Positions 53,587-64,000 of a DNA stretch of 64,000 bases are shown in pieces. Origin of the DNA: Eledone cirrhosa (Eukaryota); contig OZ024744.1 in the NCBI GenBank assembly GCA_964016885.1, forward strand, positions 92,008,001 to 92,072,000, written 5' to 3'. A program made the position numbers and the translations under genes. Within the stretch, counting starts at the first letter, position 1, and each line of letters starts with the position of its first letter. The notes beneath the pieces are model-generated. The model searched no databases, was not told where the DNA came from, and saw nothing but the letters and a program-made list of their open reading frames with translations.

Positions 53587-53709
53587 TATGTTGATGCCCT
53601 AAGGACAGACACTGGTCTGTTGGAGACGCAGGACATGGCAGCAATAATGAGGGACAGAGACCGCTGGAGAGAACTCGTCCATGGATCTCGCGAATTTTAC
53701 CCGCCCTAG
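53587..53709 (+). mobile_element. Short 3'-terminal fragment of an RTE/RTE-X-like LINE
   Basis: Translates YVDALRTDTG..AIMRDRDRWRELV..stop, then (TA)n. Confidence 0.5.
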
Positions 53710-53830
53710 ATATATATATACACACACACACATATACAGAGAGAGAGAGAGAGAGAGAAAGAGAAAGAGAGATGTATGTATGTACACCTCTCTCTCTATC
53801 TCTCTCACTATCTCTCTCTCTCTATCTATA

Positions 53831-53921
<91 letters not shown>

Positions 53922-54467
53922 AAATATATATATATATATATTTATCTATCTCTCTATCTCGGCCTATTCATTTATCTCGTTTTAACAATTTTACTTCCTC
54001 TCCCTCTTCCTCTCTCCCGCTACTCCACCTCTCTTTCTCTTCCGTCTCTTTCCCCCCTCTCGTTCTCTGCACGTCTCTTTCTTCCCCATCTTTCTTTTCC
54101 CCTCTCTCTCTTTCCACCTCTCTTTCTTTTCCCTCTCTCTTTCTCTCCTACATATCTCTCTGTGTCTTAATCTCTTGATCATTTTTTATTATATATATCT
54201 CTCACTTTCTCTCCTGCCCTTATTTCTATTTTTTTTTTTGTGAAAGAAAATGACTTCTCTTTTTTACCAGAAGCATTTTATTGCTTTAGCCACCAAATTT
54301 AAACTATTGTTATCATTTGATTCAAAATGAAAATCCTATCTTATTGTAAATAAACATTATTGTAAATAAACTGACAGAAACACATCTCGTATACATACAT
54401 ACATACATACATACATACATACATACATACATACATACATACATACATACATACATACATACATACA

Positions 54468-56359
54468 TGGTGGCTGCCAACTCGTTTTCGAGTACGGCCA
54501 CTACTTTATATCCATGTAGGAGAACCCCTACCGATGCGCTGAACGAGTGACTTTTTAGTCCAGCCAGCGACTTGAAAACTCTGGTACAAACACTACACTT
54601 GTGACAATTATTGACACATAGTGCTGGGCCCATTGTACCATGTGACGACAAGTGCAGAGAGATCTCCAGATATAAAGCAATGCCTGTGCCGTGAAGCTTT
54701 TATAGTGAGCAAAGGCACTGCACAAAGCCAGTCCCACTCTCTTAACCAAGATGATATTTACCAAAAAGAAGAACAAGTCAACATCATTGGATACCATCAG
54801 GGTTGCAGGTGTTATATCAGAGTTTTCCTTCTCCTAGAATTCTGCCTTGACAAAGGCTAAGGGGTCATCTCTCCCGGTGATTTTGGATGGCCATTGACTC
54901 TTAAGAGCTCCTTTGCCCTTTGACAGGTTTTGTTTTTAGTCCTGCAGGATGTCCAAAGTCACCCACCTCACCAAGAAACCTTGGTGGGGTTGCCAGTTTA
55001 GTCGCCAACGACCCGACCATGAGACAGGTTGTACTGGGATACATGTTACCAGTCGCACCAACTGGTGACCTGACATACATACATACATACATACATACAT
55101 ACATACATACATACATACATACATACATGGTGGCTGCCAACTCGTTTACGAGTACGGCCACTACTTTATATCCATGTAGGAGAACCCCTCCCGATGCGCT
55201 GAACAAGTGTGACTTTTTAGTCCAGCCAGCGACTTGAAAACTCTGGTACAAACATTACACTTGTGACAATTATTGACACATAGTGCTGGGCCCATTGTAC
55301 CATGTGACGGCAAGTGCAGAGAGATCTCCAGATATAAAGCAATGCCTGTGCCGTGAAGCTTTTATAGTGAGCAAAGGCACTGCACAAAGCCAGTCCCACT
55401 CTCTTAACCAAGATGATATTTACCAAAAAGAAGAACAAGTCAACATCATTGGATACCATCAGGGTTGCAGGTGTTATATCAGAGTTTTCCTTCTCCTAGA
55501 ATTCTGCCTTGACAAAGGCTAAGGGGTCATCTCTCCCGGTGATTTTGGATGGCCATTGATTCTTAAGAGCTCCTTTGCCCTTTGACAGGTTTTGTTTTTA
55601 GTCCTGCAGGATGTCCAAAGTCACCCTCCTCACCAAAAAACCTTGGTGGGGTTGCCAGTTTAGTCGCCAACGACCCGACCATGAAACAGGTTGTATTGGG
55701 ATACATGTTACCAGTAGCACCAACTGGTGACCTGACATATCATACATACATGGTGGCTGCCAACTCGTTTTCGAGTACGGCCACTACTTTATATCCATGT
55801 AGGAGAACCCCTATCGAAGCGCTGAACGAGTGTGACTTTTTAGTCCAGCCAGCGACTTGAAAACTCTGGTACAAAGACTACACTTGTGACAATTATTGAC
55901 ACATAGTGCTGGGCCCATGGTACCATGTGAGGACAAGTGCAGAGAGATCTCCAGATATAAAGCAATGCCTGTGCCGTGAAGCTTTTATAGTGAGCAAAGG
56001 CACTGCACAAAGCCAGTCCCACTCTCTTAACCAAGATGATATTTACCAAAAAGAAGAACAAGTCAACATCATTGGATACCATCAGGGTTGCAGGTGTTAT
56101 ATCAGAGTTTTCCTTCTCCTAGAATTCTGCCTTAACAAAGGCTAAGGGGTCATCTCTCCCGGTGATTTTGGATGGCCATTGACTCTTAAGAGCTCCTTTG
56201 CCCTTTGACAGGTTTTGTTTTTAGTCCTGCAGGATGTCCAAAGTCACCCTCCTCACCAAGAAACCTTGGTGGGGTTGCCAGTTTAGTCGCCAACGACCCG
56301 ACCATGAGACAGGTTGTACTGGGATACATGTTACCAGTAGCACCAACTGGTGACCTGAC
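54468..56359 (-). mobile_element. Three head-to-tail copies of an about 608-bp non-autonomous RTE derivative separated by (TATG)n
   Basis: Units 54468-55074, 55128-55736, 55751-56359; RTE 5' UTR joined to the C2H2 remnant CSVCTRVFKSLAGLKSH and the RTE 3' end; (TACA)n on both outer sides. Confidence 0.88.
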
Positions 56360-56665
56360 ATACATACATACATACATACATACATACATACATACATACA
56401 TACATACATACATACATACATACATACATACATACATACATACATACATACGCATGTGTAAAGTTTTAAAAAAATCGGTCGTGATTTACACAGACAGACA
56501 GTCACAGAGACAGACACAGAGACAGACATCCTCTGTTATATATATATATATATATACGGCTTAGCCGTCGGGGTCCTACTCGTCCCTATTACCCACTCTA
56601 CTACCCTAAGTATTGAGTACTTTGGTGCGTTATGGTCCATCTGGTTCCGTACCACATTTCCCTCG

Positions 56666-56704
<39 letters not shown>

Positions 56705-57090
56705 AGATGCGAGAATAACCACAAACCCTCCATCTCAATTCTACTTTTGAAAAGCACAAGAACTTCGAAACCGGTAAAGGAAGAAAATAAATATATATTT
56801 AAAAAAAAAAAGATTCCAGTTGCATTTTCGATTTCATCTTTTTTCCTTATACTTTCACTCGTGTAGGACATCTTGTTTTTTTTTTCATTTTGTAAAAAAA
56901 AACCTCTCTTTCTAATATATATATATATATGTATGTATTGTTATGCTTTGGGAGGGTCATGTTGCCAATAAGAAACACACGCACCAGTTGCTTTCACTCC
57001 AATTTATTATAAATTAAATTTATAAATTTAAGAATTTATATATTTCCGGTTGGTTGGTTGGTTCCATAACCGGGCGGTTGTTCATATAAT

Positions 57091-57133
57091 GTCAAAGTTC
57101 TTTCGTCACACATTCTGTGACCTCTTCAGTGAC
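57091..57133 (-). ncRNA. Hammerhead motif
   Basis: GTCA-CTGAAGA-G-GTCACA GAATG TGTGAC-GAA-AGAACT-T-TGAC. Confidence 0.7.
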
Positions 57134-57211
57134 TGGGATTCTTTTCTTTGTTTTTGTGCCTCTCCTTTATTCTGTCCTACGCCATCTTGTTTTTGTGTAT
57201 ATATATATATA

Positions 57212-57275
<64 letters not shown>

Positions 57276-57439
57276 CTTGGGGAGGGACATATTGTTGTAA
57301 TAACAGAACACACTCACCGTTTGGTTGGTTTTCGCTTCTGTATCTTTTATATCTCCATAGTCAATTTATTCGGCCATCAATGTTTATCATTGACTGACCA
57401 ACGGTTAAAAGTACAAATATAAATACATATATATAGTCT

Positions 57440-57481
57440 AACAAAGTTCTTTCGTTGCACATCTGCAACATCATCAGTGGT
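57440..57481 (-). ncRNA. Hammerhead motif (covarying sister of 57091-57133)
   Basis: ACCA-CTGATGA-T-GTTGCA GATG TGCAAC-GAA-AGAACT-T-TGTT. Confidence 0.65.
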
Positions 57482-58894
57482 AATATTATGTTCCTCCTGT
57501 TGTATTGTATGTCTACGCCATTTTTATTTTATCTCTTTATTTATTTATTTATTTATTTATTTTTGTCTTCGTCTTTGCGCATGCGTTTGCGTGTGTGTAT
57601 AGTGTTTGGTGTGTGTGTTCGTGTTTGGATGACTTTGTTTTGGTTATTGTATTCTATCTTAGTTTACTAGTGTGTGTGTTATATGTGTTTGTTGTTATTG
57701 TGCTTGTGTATATATTTATTTATTTATTTATACTTCTCTTAGGTCAGTATTGTTTGATTGGGTGTTGTTGTTATTCCATTCATTTTTTCTGTTTAGCTTT
57801 GGCTTTCTCAGCTCTATTTCACTTGCTTCTCTGATTTGCCTACCTGTTGGGTCATTTCTATGTTTAGATATTCTTTTAATTTCTATGTTGTCTATGTTAC
57901 CGTCATGTTGTTGTCTGGCGTGTTCGTATAATACTGAACCGTTTTTTTGTCCTTTTAATTCCTCCCAGTGTTGGTCTATTCTTTCTGCTATGCTTCGAGG
58001 TGATCCACCTATGTATGTTGTTGTCATGTTGCTGCAAGTACCCTCTGTACATCTTATGCTACAGACTATATTTCTAGTTTTACAGTTTATCTGGGGGTTT
58101 ACTTTACATATAATACATTTCTTATTAGTACAGTGGGTTTTCTTAAAAGGGTACCCTTTTAAGAAAACCCACTGCTGGCATGGGTTAGACTACACACGTA
58201 CATACATATACATATATTTATTTGTGTCTATATATATACACACACACATATATATATGAATACATAACCTATAACATAAATAACAGAGAAAGAATAAAGG
58301 GTATGTGTCTGTGCGAATGTACGTGTATATGTATGTATGTGTGTTTGTGTGTGTACATGTATATGTGTGCGTGCGCGTGTATGTGTCTACGTGTATGTGT
58401 TTGTGTGTGTGTCCGTGTATATGAGTGTGTGACCCCGTGTATATGTGTGTGTGTATATACACATATGTGTATTAACGTGTGTCTATTAGAGAAAGATTTA
58501 ACATATGTTTGCAATTTATCATGGGTCTACAAAATGTTTGCAATCCGTGCTGCTGTTTTGATAAGCCTTCGAAATTAATTGGATACTGTAGCTATCTTGA
58601 GGGAATATATTCTAATATGGGTTTGTTGCTAAATTCATCATTACAGGAAGTGTGTTGGTGTATGTCAACTTGAAGTGAAGCTATTTTGGGGGGAAAAACT
58701 TCTTGTTAACAGTGAAAGAAAAGCACGGATGTTATCTATATACTAAAAGAGTTAGTTATATAAAATATTGACTGACTTTCTTGTACCGTAGTAAAAGATG
58801 TGAAGATTCACTTATATCATATTTACGTAGATGTACTTATATCATATATATATATATATATATATATGTGTGTATATGTATCTGTATATCTATA

Positions 58895-59010
<116 letters not shown>

Positions 59011-59086
59011 TAGACATGTATATGTGTGTATATACATATATATATATATGTGTGAGTGTGTATATGTATATATATATACACACATA

Positions 59087-59153
<67 letters not shown>

Positions 59154-59483
59154 CACCAATCAAAACAAACTTTAATGACCACCATTGGAACTTCTGACTT
59201 TAGCATACAGCATGTATTCATTCTTCCATTAACATTACAAGGGGTCTGACAGCCGCGGATTACAGTGTCAGGTCAGATCGATTCAGATCGAACCTTGAGC
59301 TGATCAGTGGCGAAACGCGCGTCACCAACTAATAAACGTAATGAAGGACTAACCAATCGTCCTTGTTATCTTATTTCACTATATATATATAAGTAGAAGG
59401 GTTATTTAATTTGTTGGAAGTCCGACAAATATAAATGTTTATAACTGATTTAGAGCACTCAACAGATTACTGGAGTAAATATT

Positions 59484-61252
59484 CAATGATATTAAATAAA
59501 TGGAAACTATATTTATAAAACCATATTTATAAAACGATATTTATTTTATTATATATATTTCAAGGGTACCAAAACACATTGGTACGCTTTCCTCAGATGA
59601 AATACAAAGTTTGTTTTATAAATAGAGACATACCCATGAAAATCATACCTTATCGGTTGGATATTCTCTGGATAGTGGAAATATATTAGGGATTTTTCTA
59701 ACTTATGGGTGAATATGCAAATGAATATGTAAATAAATATGTAAATAATTGAAAAACAACCGTTTATTTATCCTCTTCTCTCTTCCCCCTCTCTCCATAG
59801 TCGTTTAAATAAACGGTTGTTTTTCAATTATTTACATATTCATTTAAATATTCACCCATAAGTTAGAAAAATCCCTAATATATTTCCACTATCCAGAGAA
59901 TATCCAACCGATAAGGTATGATTTTCATGGGTATGTCTCTATTTATAAAACAAACTTTATATTTTATCTGAGGAAAGCGTACCAATGTGTTTTGGTACCC
60001 TTGAAATATCTAATATATATTTGTGAAATGGGCGGTGGTTGAAATTCAGATGTTCACGGTTAAATGGTAGTAGACGTGGTCGGACTGACATGAAAATTTA
60101 CACACCTATGTAAAAAGTGCCAAGGGAGCAAATAGACGAGGTTTCAAATCTCTAACTTGAAAAATATGGTCCCTGGGGCCCCAAAACTCGCGTTCGGTGA
60201 GTTATTTCCCCCTGTTCTAATACTTTTGTCTTATTTAAAATTTCATAATCATCGACATTGCTATTTCGCTGTTAATAAACTATCATCCTTCTACATTTAA
60301 CGATCATACGGTACCGTTTTATGAAATCGATTCTGCAGTACGGTCACTGTTTTCCATCAAAAGAAATAAAACCCTTGGCGATACTTGGTTTTAGTGTCCT
60401 AAATTATCATCATCGACATTCAATTATTAGCTCCACCCACTACACGATACGTCACGAAGGTAAATGTTTCGAAAAAGTTTTAAACTGTATATCGCAACAA
60501 TATATTGTTTAAATAAATTTTTTTTCTGTTGTTAAAAACTGTAAATCTGTTTTAAAAAAAATGTATTTCGCAGCAATTTTTTTTCTGTTAAAAACTGTAA
60601 ATAAATATTCATGTAAAAATGAAGCATAGTGTTTCTGTGAAAAACTGTAAATAAATATTTATTTTGTTCAAAAAATAAATCAAAAATCTAAATTTCTCTG
60701 TTAATATTTTAATAAATATTTATTCTAATAATTCAATGTTTTTTCGTGTAAAAATGAAGCATGTAAGAAAATGAACATGTAAAAATCAAGCAGCAGCAGC
60801 AGCAGCAGCAGCTGATGACGTGTCGTGACGTATCGTGTAGTGGGTGGAGCTAATAATTGATTGTCGATGATGATAATTTAGGACACTAAAACCAAGATTC
60901 GCCAAACCCTTAAATTGTGAAGAAGGGACGCGTGTTTTTATTTTAATTCTAATACATGTTAACCACCACTAACAGTAAGTAGTATTTTTCAAATTGCATA
61001 TCATCGACATTGCTATTTCGCTGTTAATAAACTACGCTTTTCACGTCGCTCCACTTCTCATTGTATGCCGTCCAGCCCCAAGTGCATATTTGTATTTTTT
61101 TTCCTGAAACTGCTTCTTTATAATAAACTTTCAATAATATTTTTCAAATTATTAACTTAATAAAAAGTGGCCCCGAGTGCAACCGGGCTCAGCTGCTAGT
61201 ATATAATAAAATAAATATAGTTTTATAAATATAGTTTCCATTTATTTAATAT

Positions 61253-61257
<5 letters not shown>
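59484..61257. repeat. Fold-back insertion (59484-59770 vs 59806-60008 plus 61200-61257) with a hammerhead in each arm
   Basis: Arms are reverse complements; motif CTGAGGA-AAGCGTACCAA..TTGGTACCCTT-GAA-ATATATAT-A; the right arm is split by a Helitron. Confidence 0.85.
60009..61199 (+). mobile_element. Non-autonomous Helitron
   Basis: 5' TC, 3' CTAG preceded by hairpin CCCG AGTGCAAC CGGG; inserted between A and T with no TSD. The empty site GAAATA|TATATAATAAAA is preserved in the left fold-back arm. Confidence 0.85.
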
Positions 61258-61304
<47 letters not shown>

Positions 61305-61319
61305 ATATCTATTTGAATA

Positions 61320-61357
<38 letters not shown>

Positions 61358-61480
61358 CAATAATATTAATAAATGGAAGCTATCTTTATAAAACCATATT
61401 TATTTTGTTATATATAATTCAAGGGTACCAACATTTTGGTACGCTCTCATCAGATATAATACAAAAGTTGGTTTACAGAT

Positions 61481-61730
61481 ATATTTCTTTATTTGTCACA
61501 AGGGGCATAAAAAAAGAGGACAATACAAAGACACATGCCGGGGATTTTACATACATTCGTGTAAAAATATTGAAACAAACAATTATAACAATTGAAATCC
61601 CTAATAGGGGGGAGGCGCCACAAATGGGTTGTTTAATACCCCGTCGATAGAACAACTCTCAACTTCAGGAGCGTGTTGTGCAAGTGCTCCTTTCTTCCTT
61701 TTGCTCTCTTCATTAACCTACAGGCTTATA
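61481..61730 (-). mobile_element. 3' UTR-only fragment of the Tx1 copy-2 subfamily
   Basis: Reverse complement matches 10104-10304; ends AATAAAGAAATATATCT. Confidence 0.8.
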
Positions 61731-62152
61731 AACAGACACACACACATATATATATATACAGACACACACACATATACACTCATACACACACGCACACACA
61801 TATATGTATATATATATGTATATATATATAACAAAGAAGGTGTGGTAAGATACCAAGTGGACCATAACACATCAGAGTACTCGATACTTAAGGTAGTAGA
61901 GTGGGAAATAGGAAAAGAGTCAGGACCCCGACGGCTGAGTTCCGGCCGTTTCGACAGCTAGATTACTGCTGGGTATTATTGCTGGGTTAGTTCGGATCTA
62001 GCTGTCGAAATGGCCGGAGCTCAGCCGTCCGGGTCCGGGTCCTGACTCTTTTCTTATATATATATATGAATGGACCTTTTTTTTTTTATCCAAAGATATT
62101 TTTTCCAATTCCACCCCACCCGTCCCCTCTATCTATCTTATTCCTCATTCTT

Positions 62153-62188
62153 TCTTCTGATGAAGGACTAGCGTCCGAAACGTTAAGA
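62153..62188 (+). ncRNA. Minimal hammerhead motif
   Basis: TCTT-CTGATGA-A-GGAC TAGC GTCC-GAA-ACGT-T-AAGA. Confidence 0.7.
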
Positions 62189-62270
62189 CCCGCTTCCTGC
62201 TATATCAAGCGTTAAACTTAATATATCCCTTCCATATACTGTACCGATTATGTTGTTATTTCTGTTTACC

Positions 62271-62375
<105 letters not shown>

Positions 62376-62387
62376 AATATATATATA

Positions 62388-62434
<47 letters not shown>

Positions 62435-62438
62435 ATAT

Positions 62439-62618
62439 AGGGGTGGATTGGCAGTATCGGTGGAGGGTCGGACGCCATGCTTTCCAGCATAGTTACGTCC
62501 CTTTACGATCTGAGTTCAAATCCCGCCGAGGTTGACTTTGCCTTTCATCCTTACGGGGTCGATAAAATAAAGTACCAGTAATGCACTGGGTAATTGCTGG
62601 CCTTGTGCCTAAAGTAGA

Positions 62619-62623
<5 letters not shown>
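62439..62623 (+). mobile_element. Full-length tRNA-derived SINE (central domain resembles the Meta-SINE core, from memory)
   Basis: Box A-like TGGCAGTATCGG, box B GAGTTCAAATCC, core GCCTTTCATCCTTACGGGGTCGATAAAATAAAGTACCAG; about 9 copies or fragments in the window. Confidence 0.85.
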
Positions 62624-62697
<74 letters not shown>

Positions 62698-62797
62698 TTT
62701 ACACATACATATATATATACATACATACATATACGTGTTTTGCAACGGGTCACTTTGTGACTCAATGAAAACTTAATAAATTAAATAATCAGAGCTG

Positions 62798-63699
62798 TAT
62801 ATCATAAAACATGTCTATAGAATCACCAGATAAAATATATACCATTTCCTCTCCCAATTAGCACAATTAACTATATAAAAAATCGAATAGACCAGGCTAT
62901 AAGAATAAGGCTTCTATGAAGAAATCTCCAACAAATAACCGAAATTAGCCCTTCGCGTCGGCCGCAACGGAATATTTATCGAATATTTCGACAGCGTAAT
63001 CGCCCAGATACAGTCAATTAAACAGAATTAGGTGTAAAATAAACTATTAGAAAATAGAATACATTTAAATACCTCTACCATGGTTTCGTCCGTATTTTGA
63101 GATTTCCAATGGTATGTATGTATGTATATATAGATATATGTATGTGTAAACTTTTATATGTAATAATTTCCCATTAGGTTGAGATACAAATTTTGCTGTA
63201 TTGTGCTGTGCTTTCTAGCAAAAAAGCCACCAGCCGTAAGCAACTACCACACCCTTCCAACCTGACCGCGGCTACGTCACGATTCTTAGCCATTTTGAAT
63301 GAATTCTTGGCGCGATCACTTTGGAAAATTTAGTGTCTGGATCAGAGCAAATTTCCTGAAGAGTCCGATGCTCGAGTTACATAATCATTGGAAATCTCAA
63401 AATACGGACGAAACCATGGTAGAGGTATTTAAATGTATTCTATTTTCTCCTAGTTTATTTTACACCTAATTCTGTTTAATTGACTATATCTGGGCGATTA
63501 CGCTGTCGAAATATTCGATAAATATTCCGTTGCGGCCGACACGAAGGGCTAGTTTCGGTTATTTGTTGGAGATTTCTTCATAGAAGCCTTATTCTTATAG
63601 CCTGGTCTATTCGATTTTTTATATAGTTGATTGTGCTAATTGGGAGAGGAAATGGTATATATTTTATCTGGTGATTCTATAGACATGTTTTATGATATA
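62798..63699. repeat. Fold-back insertion with arms 62798-63111 and 63386-63699
   Basis: About 314-bp arms that are near-identical reverse complements; the right arm ends in (TA)n. Confidence 0.9.
63351..63426 (+). ncRNA. Hammerhead motif with long loop II
   Basis: ATTTC-CTGAAGA-GTCCG..CGGAC-GAA-ACCATGGT-A-GAGGT. Confidence 0.75.
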
Positions 63700-64000
63700 T
63701 ATATATATATATATCACAAAAAGAAAGAGAATCTGTTGCGACGAATGGAATTTATTGGACATATTACAATTGTTTCTCTGGCGACCAGCTAGAGGTACGA
63801 TCGATGTGATGATCGAACCTGACTCTGAAAATCGCAAGGTCCTCTACGGAGCAGATTTTCTAAATTTCCTTTTACATCGATATCCTTCGCCTGTCTGCTT
63901 AGATCCTGTTGTTGTCATTCTACGAGTGGTCAAGAAATGTACACGTCATCGATATTTCTAGCCACTCATGGTTGTCCACTATTTGGTTCTTTTCATTCCC

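Larger units (their letters stand above)
56936..58190 (-). mobile_element. Penelope-like 3' fragment: GIY-YIG remnant followed by two diverged terminal repeats, each with a hammerhead
   Basis: YIGGS.R.IAERI.QH..LYEH..E..LN in ORF 57728-58027; repeats about 57275-57520 and 56936-57190. Confidence 0.75.

Noticed and set aside
56270-56359. HDV-like ribozyme at the 5' end of the RTE derivatives
   Set aside because: A CTAA-ACTGG segment and small stems are suggestive, but I could not assemble P1, P3 and P1.1 by eye; left unclaimed.

Overview
Gene-free, repeat-saturated animal DNA, probably from an invertebrate; the SINE types and microsatellite load suggest a cephalopod, which is inference only. 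No host protein-coding gene or true RNA gene is supported. The window contains: (i) three large decayed Tx1/L1-clade LINEs, each embedded in (GATA)n, plus two further Tx1 fragments; (ii) an RTE LINE and its non-autonomous derivatives in (TATG)n; (iii) an R4/Dong-like RLE LINE, three Penelope-like element (PLE) fragments, a non-autonomous LTR element with stacked primer-binding sites, mariner and hAT MITEs, a Helitron and many tRNA-derived SINEs. The standout feature is a 6.4-kb array (26439-32804) of an almost invariant 310-bp unit. Each unit contains a complete minimal type I hammerhead ribozyme (20 copies). The units are arranged as 8 copies facing left and 12 facing right, forming a giant palindrome; this is a candidate non-LTR retrozyme (circRNA-producing) locus. 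Outside the array, roughly a dozen further hammerhead motifs from about six unrelated sequence families occur, several in small fold-back insertions with the same divergent polarity. All structures were read by eye, with no folding software or database search.
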